From the NCBI GenBank assembly GCA_964640635.1, contig CAZXFD010000005.1, forward strand, positions 1 through 62,118: a stretch of 62,118 nt of DNA, read 5' to 3'. The first letter of the stretch is position 1. Each line of letters starts with the position of its first letter. Below, one piece after another: positions 48,237 through 57,690 of this stretch. Position numbers and translations under genes: made by a program. The stretch comes from an uncultured Gammaproteobacteria bacterium. GTDB taxonomy: Bacteria; Patescibacteriota; Patescibacteriia; UBA1558; S5-K13. The notes under the pieces are model-generated. The model saw nothing but the letters and a program-made list of their open reading frames with translations. It had not been told where the DNA came from and did not search any database.

Positions 48237-48554
48237 ATGAACACAATTAAAATAAAAAAGAACGATCAAGTAAAAATTCTTTCAGGAAAAGATAAAGGTA
48301 AAACAGGAAAGGTTAATCAGATTTTTGCTAAAGAAGAAAAAATCGTTGTAGAAGGTGTAAATAAAAAATTTAAAAATCTAAGACCAAGAAAAGAAAATGA
48401 AAAAGGTCAAAGAATTGAATTTTTTGGACCAATAGGCATGTCAAAGGCTATGCTTATTTGTAAGAAATGTGGAAGAACAACAAGAATCTCTTACAAAATT
48501 TCAGAAGCAAAAAAATATAGAGTTTGTAAAAAATGTAATGAAGTAATTGATTAG
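48237..48554 (+). CDS. rplX: 50S ribosomal protein L24
   Basis: IKKNDQV..LSGKDKGKTG, VVEGVN, CxxC. Confidence 0.97.
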   Translation: MNTIKIKKNDQVKILSGKDKGKTGKVNQIFAKEEKIVVEGVNKKFKNLRPRKENEKGQRIEFFGPIGMSKAMLICKKCGRTTRISYKISEAKKYRVCKKCNEVID

Positions 48555-48622
48555 TATATAATACCCAGTTAGATTCGCTATTCTAAGATATTAGCGAGAT
48601 AAATAACTGAACAAGCAAAATT

Positions 48623-49210
48623 ATGATAAGTATAAAAGAAAAATACACAAAAGAGGTTATTTCAAAAATGAAAACTGATTTTGGATACAAAAATTCTTTA
48701 TCTGTTCCAAAAATTGAAAAAATTACTTTTAATGTAGGACTAGGTAGAGCTATAACCAACAAAGAATATGTTGCTATTGCAGAAAATACATTATCTAGAA
48801 TTACTGGTCAAAAATCAGTTCAAACAAAAGCAAAAAAATCTATTTCAGCTTTCAAAATTAGAGAAGGAATGATTATTGGAGTAAAGGTTACAATTAGAGG
48901 TAGTAAAATGTATGATTTTTTAGATAAATTAATTAATATTACATTTCCTAGAGTAAGAGATTTCCATGGTATTGATGTAAAAAATAAACATCTGGATTCA
49001 AAAGGAAACTTTGCTTATGGATTTAAAGAATACACTGTTTTTCCAGAAATAAAGGCTGATGAAGTTGAGCATGTTCACGGACTTGAAATTGCCATCACAA
49101 CAACAGCAAAGACAAAGGCAGAGTGTTATTTCTTGTTAAAATATATGGGATTCCCATTTATTATAGATAAAGAATTTGAAGAAAAATTAAAGAATAGTTT
49201 CAAAAAATAA
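48623..49210 (+). CDS. rplE: 50S ribosomal protein L5
   Basis: VPKIEKI..NVG, ITGQK, SAFKIREG, PRVRDF.G. Confidence 0.98.
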   Translation: MISIKEKYTKEVISKMKTDFGYKNSLSVPKIEKITFNVGLGRAITNKEYVAIAENTLSRITGQKSVQTKAKKSISAFKIREGMIIGVKVTIRGSKMYDFLDKLINITFPRVRDFHGIDVKNKHLDSKGNFAYGFKEYTVFPEIKADEVEHVHGLEIAITTTAKTKAECYFLLKYMGFPFIIDKEFEEKLKNSFKK

Positions 49211-49211
49211 T

Positions 49212-49397
49212 ATGGCAACACAAGGACAAATAGCAAAATCAAATAAAAAACCAAAATTTTCAACTAGAATTGTAAGAAGATGTTGGAAGTGCGGTAGAAA
49301 AAGATCATACATGAGAGATTTCAATCTTTGTAGAATCTGTTTTAGAGAACTAGCAAGTAAAGGTGAGATGCCAGGAGTAAAAAAGAGTAGTTGGTAA
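49212..49397 (+). CDS. rpsN: 30S ribosomal protein S14, zinc-binding type Z
   Basis: RCWKCGR...LCRICFRE...G.MPGV.KSSW. Confidence 0.97.
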   Translation: MATQGQIAKSNKKPKFSTRIVRRCWKCGRKRSYMRDFNLCRICFRELASKGEMPGVKKSSW

Positions 49398-49438
49398 TAA
49401 AATAAATAATTAATATAAGTTGATATTACAATAAAATT

Positions 49439-49831
49439 ATGATGACAGATCCAATAGCTGATATGCTAACTAGAATAAGAAACGCTCAGGCTGTTAAAAA
49501 GCAAGAGGTCATTATTCCATTTTCAAAAATTAAATATGAAATTGCTAAGCTGTTAGTAAGAGAGAGCTATCTTAATTCTGCTGAAAAAGTAAAGGAAAAG
49601 TTTGATGTAATTAAAATAGAATTAAAATACAGCCCTACAGGAGAATCAGCAATAGAACATATAAAAAGAATATCAAAGCCAGGACAGAGAATCTATGTAG
49701 CAAGTGATAAATTGCCAAAAGTTTTGAATGATATTGGTCTTGCTATTATTTCTACATCAAGTGGAATAATAACCAACAAAAAGGCAAGAAGAATGAAGGT
49801 TGGCGGAGAATTTTTATTTGAAATATGGTAA
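49439..49831 (+). CDS. rpsH: 30S ribosomal protein S8
   Basis: TDPIADMLTRIRNA, RISKPGQRIY, STSSG. Confidence 0.98.
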   Translation: MMTDPIADMLTRIRNAQAVKKQEVIIPFSKIKYEIAKLLVRESYLNSAEKVKEKFDVIKIELKYSPTGESAIEHIKRISKPGQRIYVASDKLPKVLNDIGLAIISTSSGIITNKKARRMKVGGEFLFEIW

Positions 49832-49904
49832 AGAGATGAAGATCTAGGGGCAAAAGACGAAAGTTTTTATAGCCTATAAATTTATAACTTTTTAATTAAA
49901 ATAT

Positions 49905-50459
49905 ATGTCAAGAATAGGAAAATTACCAGTTGTTATACCAGAAAAAGTTGATGTAAAAATCAGCGATGTTTCTATTGAAGTTTCTGGACCAAAGGGAAAG
50001 TTAATAGAACTATTAGTTCCTGATACAAAAACAGAGATAGTTGAAGAAAATGGTCAAAAACAAATTATAATAAGTATTGATGACGATACTGACAAAAATA
50101 AAAGAGCAAAATGGGGACTACAGAGAAGTCTTATTGCTAATATGGTAATAGGTGTTGTAAGTGGATATGAAAAAAAATTAGAAATAAATGGAGTGGGTTT
50201 TAAAGCAGAAGCAAAGCCAGGAATGGTTCTTTTAAATGTTGGTTTTTCTCATCAAGTTGAATATAAATTACCAGAAGGTGTTGGCGCAGTTGTAGAAAAA
50301 AATGTTATCACGCTTATCGGAATAAGTAAGCAATTAGTTGGTCAAACAGCAGCTGAAATAAGAGCAATCAAAAAACCAGAACCATACAAAGGAAAAGGTA
50401 TTAAATATTCAGATGAAATAATTAGAAGAAAAGTAGGAAAAGTTGCTAAATCAGGCTAA
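49905..50459 (+). CDS. rplF: 50S ribosomal protein L6
   Basis: MSRIGKLP, GPKG, GFSH, KPEPYKGKGI. Confidence 0.98.
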   Translation: MSRIGKLPVVIPEKVDVKISDVSIEVSGPKGKLIELLVPDTKTEIVEENGQKQIIISIDDDTDKNKRAKWGLQRSLIANMVIGVVSGYEKKLEINGVGFKAEAKPGMVLLNVGFSHQVEYKLPEGVGAVVEKNVITLIGISKQLVGQTAAEIRAIKKPEPYKGKGIKYSDEIIRRKVGKVAKSG

Positions 50460-50505
50460 CAATTAAATCAGCTACGTAGCTACGTAGCCAATAAGCTAAA
50501 ATCAT

Positions 50506-50859
50506 ATGGATAAAAATAAATTAAAAAATAGCACAAAAGAAAGAAAGACTAATAGGGTAAGAAAAACTATCAAAAGTAGTTCAAAAAGACCAAGATTGTC
50601 AGTATTCTTTAGTTTACTTCATTCTTATGCTCAGATTATAGATGATTCAAAAGGTGTAACTATGGTAAGTGCAAGTGATAAAGAATTAAAGAATAAAGGA
50701 AAAAACATTGAAATAGCAAAAGAACTCGGAAAACTTATAGCAACAAAAGCAAAAGAGAAAAAAATAGAAACAGTTGTTTTCGATAGAGGATTTAAGAAAT
50801 ATCATGGCAAGGTCAAAGCACTTGCAGATGGTGCAAGAGAAGAAGGATTAAAATTTTAA
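50506..50859 (+). CDS. rplR: 50S ribosomal protein L18
   Basis: [36 protein letters not shown]. Confidence 0.97.
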   Translation: MDKNKLKNSTKERKTNRVRKTIKSSSKRPRLSVFFSLLHSYAQIIDDSKGVTMVSASDKELKNKGKNIEIAKELGKLIATKAKEKKIETVVFDRGFKKYHGKVKALADGAREEGLKF

Positions 50860-50868
50860 TATATTTAT

Positions 50869-51432
50869 ATGGAAGACAAAAAATCAACATTTGATAGATC
50901 AAACAATAGAAGACAAGTACCAAGAGAAAAACCAGAGTTTGAACAAAAGCTCGTCGATCTTGCAAGAGTCACTAGAGTTATGGCAGGTGGAAAAAGACTA
51001 AGATTCAGAGCTTGTGTTGTTATAGGTGATTTTAATGGTAGACTTGGATGGGGTATCGCAAAAGGTGCCGATGTTTCAATTGCTATAAATAAGGCAGTGA
51101 ATCAAGCAAAAAAAAGACTTATAGACGTAAAGATTTATAAGAATACTATAAGACATGAAGTGCTTGGAAAATTCAAGTCAGCTCAAGTATTTATTAAGCC
51201 AGCTACAGAAGGTCGTGGAATTATTGCTGGAGGTGTTGTAAGAGATTTATTAGAGCTATCAGGTATTAAAGATGCTATTGCAAAAATTTATGGTGCTAAA
51301 AATAAAATGAATAATGTAAAAGCCGTTTTTAAAGCACTAGATCAATTAAAAGATATACAAGAAGAAGTAGTGGTAGAGGCTGAGGCAACTAAAGAAATCA
51401 AAAAAGAGGAAATTAAAGAAGAAAATAAATAA
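50869..51432 (+). CDS. rpsE: 30S ribosomal protein S5
   Basis: RVTRVMAGG.R.RF, VVIGD, KPA.EG.GIIAGG. Confidence 0.98.
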   Translation: MEDKKSTFDRSNNRRQVPREKPEFEQKLVDLARVTRVMAGGKRLRFRACVVIGDFNGRLGWGIAKGADVSIAINKAVNQAKKRLIDVKIYKNTIRHEVLGKFKSAQVFIKPATEGRGIIAGGVVRDLLELSGIKDAIAKIYGAKNKMNNVKAVFKALDQLKDIQEEVVVEAEATKEIKKEEIKEENK

Positions 51433-51444
51433 TTTAATTATATA

Positions 51445-51520
51445 GTCAGATAGTTAGTCAGTTAGTCAGAACGTTAGAAATTTCCTAACCAACTAACAAG
51501 CTAACTTACTAACCTACTAA
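51445..51520. repeat. 8-nt periodic dyad repeat element at the position where rpmD would lie
   Basis: GTTAG/GTCAG arm facing CTAA(C) at 51485/493/501/509/517. Confidence 0.8.
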
Positions 51521-51524
51521 ATAT

Positions 51525-52016
51525 ATGTTAACACTCAGTAATTTAAAAGTTCAAAAAGGAGCTAAACAAAAGAAACAAAGACTAGGTCGTGGAGATGCTT
51601 CTGGTCGTGGTAATTATTCTGGACATGGAATGAAGGGGCAGAAAGCAAGGGCTGGTGTTTCAGGACTCAAAAGATTGGGTATGAAGAAAAATATAGCTCA
51701 ACTTCCAAAGCACCGAGGATTCAATAGACAATCTACAATATTTAATATAGTAAATATTAATATACTTGAGAAATATTTTAAATCAGGTGAAGAAGTCAAT
51801 GTAAATAGTCTTCTAAAATTAGGATTTATTAATGATATCAAAAACCCTTTGAAAATTTTATCAAAAGGAAGTTTGACCAAAAAACTTACAGTGAAGGCTC
51901 ATCATTTTTCAAAAACAGCAAAAGATGCAATAATAAAAGCTGGAGGAAGTGTTGTTGAAACTCCAAGAATAAAAAGAAACAATCCAGCAAGAAAAGTACC
52001 TATAATCAAAAAATAA
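51525..52016 (+). CDS. rplO: 50S ribosomal protein L15
   Basis: RLGRG..SG.G..SG.G.KGQKAR, PKHRGF, KILSKG. Confidence 0.97.
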   Translation: MLTLSNLKVQKGAKQKKQRLGRGDASGRGNYSGHGMKGQKARAGVSGLKRLGMKKNIAQLPKHRGFNRQSTIFNIVNINILEKYFKSGEEVNVNSLLKLGFINDIKNPLKILSKGSLTKKLTVKAHHFSKTAKDAIIKAGGSVVETPRIKRNNPARKVPIIKK

Positions 52017-52017
52017 G

Positions 52018-53301
52018 ATGTTTTTAGATAAAATAAAACAAATATATAAAATAAGAGATTTAAGAAACAGTATTGTATTTGTTTTAGTGATGCTTTTGGT
52101 AAGTAGAATTGTTTACCATATTCCAATTCCAGGACTTGATATTGTAACTTTGAGAAATTTATTTCAATCAAATCAATTTTTGGGACTTATGGATTTGTTC
52201 TCCGGTGGAGGACTTACTAATTTTTCTATAGCAATGTTGGGCGTTGGTCCTTATATTACAGCTTCTATCATTATTCAGCTTCTTTCAATGATCGTTCCCC
52301 AATTAGAGGCTCTTACAAAAGAAGGTGAAGAAGGTCAGAGAAAAATAAATGCTTATACAAAATATCTTACTATTCCACTTGGAGCTATGCAGGCTTATGG
52401 ATTTTTGACATTACTTCAAAAATCTGCAAATACACCAATTCTATCAAATCTTAGCGGACTTCAATATGCAGCAGTAATTATTACAATTACAGCAGGAACG
52501 TTCTTCTTGGTTTGGATAGGAGACCTTATTACTGAAAAGAAAATTGGAAATGGTGTATCATTGCTTATTTTTGCTGGAATAGTTGCAAAACTTATTTCCA
52601 CAACAAAAAATATTTTTGTAGTATATGACGCAAGCAAGATATTTAGTTTATTGGTATTTGTTGCAACAGCAATACTTACAATAGTTGTTGTTGTGATGGT
52701 AAATGAAGGCCAGAGAAATATTCCTGTGTCATATGCAAGAAGAGTAAGGGGAAATAAAGTTTTCGGAGGTGTAAATACTCACTTGCCACTCAAGGTAAAT
52801 CAATCAGGAGTTATTCCAATTATTTTTGCTATTTCTCTTATTATGTTTCCTACAATGATAGCAAGATTTTTTGCTGCCGCTGGAAATCAGACAATAGCTT
52901 CTATTTCAAATTGGGTTATTAATTTATTTCAAAATCAAGTTTTCTACGGTGTGATATATTTCTTACTTGTATTTGCATTTACATATTTTTATACAGCTGT
53001 TATATTTCATCCAGACAAAATTGCAGAAAATCTCCAAAAACAAGGTGGATTTGTACCAGGTATTAGACCAGGAAGCCATACGGCACAGTATTTACAAAAC
53101 ATCGTATCACGTATCAATTTAGCAGGAGCACTTTTCCTTGGTATTGTAGCCGTGCTTCCAGTAGTTTTGCAAGGTCTTACAAGAGGAATTGGATCTACCG
53201 TGATTGGTGGAACAAGTATTTTGATTGTTGTATCAGTTGTAATTGAAACAGTAAAACAAATAGATTCTCAGCTTACAATGAGAAATTATGATAAGCTTTA
53301 G
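52018..53301 (+). CDS. secY: Preprotein translocase SecY
   Basis: HIPIPG, LGVGPYITASII, GNGVSL, PIIFA, GGFVPGIRPG, GGTSILI. Confidence 0.99.
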   Translation: MFLDKIKQIYKIRDLRNSIVFVLVMLLVSRIVYHIPIPGLDIVTLRNLFQSNQFLGLMDLFSGGGLTNFSIAMLGVGPYITASIIIQLLSMIVPQLEALTKEGEEGQRKINAYTKYLTIPLGAMQAYGFLTLLQKSANTPILSNLSGLQYAAVIITITAGTFFLVWIGDLITEKKIGNGVSLLIFAGIVAKLISTTKNIFVVYDASKIFSLLVFVATAILTIVVVVMVNEGQRNIPVSYARRVRGNKVFGGVNTHLPLKVNQSGVIPIIFAISLIMFPTMIARFFAAAGNQTIASISNWVINLFQNQVFYGVIYFLLVFAFTYFYTAVIFHPDKIAENLQKQGGFVPGIRPGSHTAQYLQNIVSRINLAGALFLGIVAVLPVVLQGLTRGIGSTVIGGTSILIVVSVVIETVKQIDSQLTMRNYDKL

Positions 53302-53367
53302 GAAACTAGGAAACTAGGAAATTAGGAAGTCGGGGTAAAACCTGATTTTTTGTTTATTTTTTGACTA

Positions 53368-53396
53368 TTGACATATAGCATTAAATATGATATATT
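53368..53396 (+). promoter_or_regulatory. Sigma70 promoter of inserted orphan gene
   Basis: TTGACA-N17-TATATT with extended TG. Confidence 0.7.
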
Positions 53397-53406
53397 ACCA
53401 TGTTAT

Positions 53407-53418
53407 TGTTCTTTAACA
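53407..53418 (+). promoter_or_regulatory. boxA-like antitermination motif
   Basis: TGTTCTTTAACA, 11/12 match to E. coli rrn boxA TGCTCTTTAACA, a few nt after the predicted TSS. Confidence 0.5.
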
Positions 53419-53545
53419 TAAATGTAACAGAGTGCCTTCTTTGAGGGATTTTTTGCAAGAATTAAAATATTCAAAATTTGAAGGTCGTTTTAAGCGACAA
53501 TTGTTTTTAATTTAATAAAAATGGTGACCAAAAAAGGAGGAAACC

Positions 53546-54415
53546 ATGTCAACAAATGCTAAAGAAACAAGAGTTGTTAGAGGACTTGAAAAGGGTATGG
53601 AGCTTGAGCTTCGTACATATTCAAGGTGTGGTGAGGTTCTGTTTGAAAGATGCGTTGCTGCTGAAAGTCAAAGGATGGTGTATTTTAACGTCCATAAGAA
53701 AAATTTGTCTGATCAGGGCAAGCTTCAAAGTGGGCGGGCTAAGTCGGTTTGGAGGGTAATCGTAGATGCAATATTCGATAACGAAAAAAGTATATGTGTT
53801 TATGTACACTTACCAGACCCAGAAAGAATCTCACATGAGGAGTTTTCCGTGGCCGGATATACAAATGGTCAAGAAATTACGGTCATGGTGGGAAGCCTCA
53901 ATGATGATACCAAATACATTCTCTCGGATAATCGTCAGGATGGTATTAGAATTAGATTCCATATCGATGAGGAAAATGAAGAGCAATTTAAAAAACTCAA
54001 CTCCTCAGTTTATGGTGATAAATGGCTTGCCAGAGTGGTCTTTTTAAAACCCCCCAATGATGAGAGTAGGGGTCAAAAAACAGTCCATGCAAATATAGAG
54101 CTATTAGGCTCTGAACCCATATCCAAGATTGTGTTTGATGAATTCCGGACAGGAAATTATTATTCCGTGTCCGTTACCATCAACCCTCAAAAGGTTAATC
54201 AACTTTGCTCCATTTTTCGTAGTGGAAAGAAGGTTCTCTTTTGCCTTGACCAGGAGAGAGAGGACTACAAAGAAAGTAGAGAATATCTTCAAACCCTCAA
54301 GGTGGGATGGAATACGAGATTTACTGTTACCAGAGCTAAAATTGGTAACAAAGAGGTCGTAATTTACGGTTATCTTAATGATGCTGTAAATAAAAAACAG
54401 AAAACCACCGCATAA
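53546..54415 (+). CDS. Orphan protein with three degenerate ~90-aa beta-rich (OB-like) repeats
   Basis: AAGGAGG RBS; repeats begin GLEKGMEL, GYTNGQEI, EFRTGNYY; higher GC than flanks. Confidence 0.7.
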   Translation: MSTNAKETRVVRGLEKGMELELRTYSRCGEVLFERCVAAESQRMVYFNVHKKNLSDQGKLQSGRAKSVWRVIVDAIFDNEKSICVYVHLPDPERISHEEFSVAGYTNGQEITVMVGSLNDDTKYILSDNRQDGIRIRFHIDEENEEQFKKLNSSVYGDKWLARVVFLKPPNDESRGQKTVHANIELLGSEPISKIVFDEFRTGNYYSVSVTINPQKVNQLCSIFRSGKKVLFCLDQEREDYKESREYLQTLKVGWNTRFTVTRAKIGNKEVVIYGYLNDAVNKKQKTTA

Positions 54416-54653
54416 TCCAGCGCGGCAAAAATATATGGAGGCTAGGTCCAACGTGATCGATGCCTCTTTTTTATATGCGAATATTACGATACTAATATAT
54501 TAATGTATGCTAATAATACTAATATAAAAATAGTACGAATGAATTTGTATAAATTTGTATAATTAGCATACATCAGCATATTGGCATTGTGCTCAAAATA
54601 GGGTAATATTTATTTAGTATTTAATCATATTAATTTAATCTAAAGACAAAGTA

Positions 54654-55292
54654 ATGAATTTAATTTTTTTTGGGATTATTGGTTCTGGGAAAGGAACTCA
54701 AGCAGAACTTATTTCAAATAAATTTCATATTCCTATTATATCAACGGGAAATATTTTTCGTCGTAATATTAAGAATAAAACAAAGCTAGGAATACAAATT
54801 GAGCATATTTTAGCAAAAGGTCACTTGGTGGACGATAAAATCACGGTAAAAGTTTTACAAAAAGAACTTAAAAAAATTGATTTAAAAAAAGGCATTATTT
54901 TTGATGGTTTCCCTAGAACACTACATCAAGCAAAAATGTTGAAACATATTTTATCAATTGATCACGTTTTTAATATTTCTTTATCAGAACATGAAGTTCT
55001 TGATAGGATTTTAAATAGAAGAACATGTAAATGTGGAGCAACTTATCATATAAAACATAATCCACCAAAAAAAGAGGGGGTCTGTGATAAGTGCAAAAGA
55101 AAATTATTTATAAGAGATGATTCAAAACCAGCTGTTGTCAAAAATAGAATACGTGTCTACAAAAATAAAACAGAGAAATTGATAGAATTTTACAAGGAGA
55201 AAAGAATGCTTATAAATATAAATGGAAACCCATCTATAAAAGAAGTTTTCAAACAAATATCTGACAAAATAATAGAGTTAAAAAAGAAATGA
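54654..55292 (+). CDS. adk: Adenylate kinase (zinc LID)
   Basis: G.IGSGKGTQA, ISTGNIFR, FDGFPRT, RDDS. Confidence 0.96.
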   Translation: MNLIFFGIIGSGKGTQAELISNKFHIPIISTGNIFRRNIKNKTKLGIQIEHILAKGHLVDDKITVKVLQKELKKIDLKKGIIFDGFPRTLHQAKMLKHILSIDHVFNISLSEHEVLDRILNRRTCKCGATYHIKHNPPKKEGVCDKCKRKLFIRDDSKPAVVKNRIRVYKNKTEKLIEFYKEKRMLININGNPSIKEVFKQISDKIIELKKK

Positions 55293-56059
55293 TAACTATA
55301 AAAAATGAAAAAGAAATAAAAATTTTAGAAATTGGAGGAAAAATCCTTGGAAATATTTTGTTTAAACTTGGGCAGGCTGCAAAAGTAGGAGTTAGAGTTG
55401 GAGATCTTGAAGATATAGCAGAGAAATTAATTCTTGAGTCTGGAGGTATTCCGTCTTTCAAAAATTATGGGGATGATGATCCATATCCATGCACGCTTTG
55501 TGTTTCTATAAACGATGGGGTGGTTCACTGTATTCCTGACAATACAATTTTGAAAGATGGGGACATAGTAAGCTTAGATATTGGAATGAAATATCCAAGA
55601 ACCGACGAGGGATTATATACTGATTGTGCTATTACAGTTGCTGTTGGAAATATTTCTAGCGATGCTCAAGAACTTATGGACGTTACAAAGGGAGCTCTCA
55701 ATAAGGCAATTAGCATAATAAAGCCAGGGATATATTTAAATAAAATAGGGGAGACAATAGAAGATTATGTATCTTCACGTGGAAACTATGGAATTGTAAA
55801 AGAGCTCGTAGGTCATGGAGTAGGGTATGCCGTTCACGAAGACCCTTTTATACCAAACTATAGAGTTGGGTTTAAAGGAGAAATACTTAAATCAGGAATG
55901 GTTTTGGCTATTGAGCCTATGATAAATTTTGGAAGTAGTTCTATTCGCTCTGATAAAAGTGGGTGGAATATAAAAACTCAAGACGGATCTATCTCTGCTC
56001 ATTTTGAGCACACTATCGTGGTGACAGATGATGGATGTAGGATATTGACTCAGGCGTAG
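55289..56059 (+). CDS. map: Methionine aminopeptidase type I
   Basis: SLDIG, TDCA.T, GHGVG..HEDP, AIEPM, SAHFEHT. Confidence 0.97.
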   Translation: MITIKNEKEIKILEIGGKILGNILFKLGQAAKVGVRVGDLEDIAEKLILESGGIPSFKNYGDDDPYPCTLCVSINDGVVHCIPDNTILKDGDIVSLDIGMKYPRTDEGLYTDCAITVAVGNISSDAQELMDVTKGALNKAISIIKPGIYLNKIGETIEDYVSSRGNYGIVKELVGHGVGYAVHEDPFIPNYRVGFKGEILKSGMVLAIEPMINFGSSSIRSDKSGWNIKTQDGSISAHFEHTIVVTDDGCRILTQA

Positions 56060-56097
56060 AAATTAATAAATAAATGATGAATGGTTAATTTAATAAA

Positions 56098-56210
56098 TAC
56101 GAAATTTTAAATACGAAATTATAAACAATATTTAAATTTGAAATTATAAATTATTTAAAAATTATAATTTGGAATTTGTTTCGTATTTCGAATTTAATAT
56201 TTGAGATTTA
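56098..56210. repeat. AT-rich imperfect inverted-repeat element
   Basis: ATACGAAATT (x2) left arm, TTTCGTATTTCGAATTT right arm. Confidence 0.6.
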
Positions 56211-56216
56211 AATTTT

Positions 56217-56621
56217 ATGTTAATAAAATTTCTAGGTATAGATTACGGTAGTTCTAAAATAGGACTTGCACTTGGAAATAGTAAAGACATGTTATCTTTG
56301 CCATATAATATTTTAAATGAAGAAGAATTTTTTAATAATATTACAAGTATTATAGATCAAGAAGAAATAGCAGAAATAGTTGTTGGCTATCCTATGAATA
56401 TGAGTAATCACGAAACTAAGCAGACAGATAAGACTAAGATTTTTATAGAAAAGTTAAAGAAGATTGTCACTATTCCAATCCACATGGAAGATGAAAGAAT
56501 GACTAGTCTAATGGGTCAAAAGTTACAAAGACAAGGTGGAGCAAAAGTTACAAGAGGCGATGATTCAGCTGCCGCAAGTCTTATTTTGGACTCTTTTTTA
56601 CAAAGAAAATATGTTAAATAA
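56217..56621 (+). CDS. ruvX: YqgF/RuvX family nuclease
   Basis: LGIDYG..KIGLA, IVVGYP, DERMTS, DDS.AA..IL. Confidence 0.93.
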   Translation: MLIKFLGIDYGSSKIGLALGNSKDMLSLPYNILNEEEFFNNITSIIDQEEIAEIVVGYPMNMSNHETKQTDKTKIFIEKLKKIVTIPIHMEDERMTSLMGQKLQRQGGAKVTRGDDSAAASLILDSFLQRKYVK

Positions 56622-57690
56622 AATTATATTTTATAGTTGTTTATTTTTAGCTTCATTTTTATTGAGCTATTTTTTGATACCTTTTTTTAGAAAACTTTCT
56701 ATAAAACTAGGTATTTTAGATATACCTCAGGGAGATAGAAAAATTCATGAACAACCAATGCCACTTCTTGGGGGTTGGGCAATATTTGTTTCTTTTTTGA
56801 TTTGTTTGTTTGCAATTATTTTGATAAGACCAGGACTTATAAGTGGATCAACTAGTTATATTCATGTTATTGCAATAGTTGTTTCTGGATTTTTACTTAT
56901 GATTATGGGCACCTTAGATGATAAATATAATTTGTCTGCAAAAAAACAATTGTTTTGGGTAATTTTAGTATGTCTTATAATTATTTTATCTGGGGTAGCT
57001 ATTAAATTTATAACTCGTCCTGGTGGAGGAGTGATAGATCTTACCCTAGGATTAAAATATAATTTTCTAGGAATAAATATTTATCTAATAGGATCTCTTA
57101 TTACATTTGCTTGGCTTATAATAATGACAAATTCTACGAAATTATTAGATGGCCTAGATGGCTTGTCTAGTGGAGTAGTTTTTATAGGGATGATAATTCT
57201 TTTTATAGTTAGTCTATTTTGGGATAAACCAGATAGCCTTACGTCAGTTCTTACGATTATTTTTGCAGGTGCAATATTAGGGTTTTTAATTTTTAATTTC
57301 CACCCAGCAAAAATATTTTTAGGAAATGGAGGGAGCAATCTACTAGGTCTTTATTTGGGGGTTTTTGCTATCATAAGTGGAGCAAAAATAGCTACAGCAC
57401 TTCTTGTAATGGGTGTGGCTGTTATAGATATGTTTTGGGTAGTCATTCAAAGATTGTTTAGAAAAGAAGCGCCATTCAAGCATGCCGATAGGAAGCACCT
57501 TCATTTTAGACTACTTGATTTGGGATTTAGTCACAAACAAAGCGTTTTGATAATATATTTTATATCATTATTTTTTGGTACTATATCGCTTTTTCAAAAC
57601 ACTACTGGGAAGATTATAATGACACTTTTTTTGTTGCTTTTTATGTTTTCAATATTTTTTTATATTTACAAAAAGAATGCAAAAGTTTAA
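56611..57690 (+). CDS. MraY/WecA/TagO-like polyprenyl-phosphate GlcNAc-1-P transferase
   Basis: RKIHE.PMPLLGG, GTLDD, LLDGLDGL, FNF.PAKIFLG, DRKHLH.RL; start set at ATG 56611. Confidence 0.9.
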   Translation: MLNKIIFYSCLFLASFLLSYFLIPFFRKLSIKLGILDIPQGDRKIHEQPMPLLGGWAIFVSFLICLFAIILIRPGLISGSTSYIHVIAIVVSGFLLMIMGTLDDKYNLSAKKQLFWVILVCLIIILSGVAIKFITRPGGGVIDLTLGLKYNFLGINIYLIGSLITFAWLIIMTNSTKLLDGLDGLSSGVVFIGMIILFIVSLFWDKPDSLTSVLTIIFAGAILGFLIFNFHPAKIFLGNGGSNLLGLYLGVFAIISGAKIATALLVMGVAVIDMFWVVIQRLFRKEAPFKHADRKHLHFRLLDLGFSHKQSVLIIYFISLFFGTISLFQNTTGKIIMTLFLLLFMFSIFFYIYKKNAKV

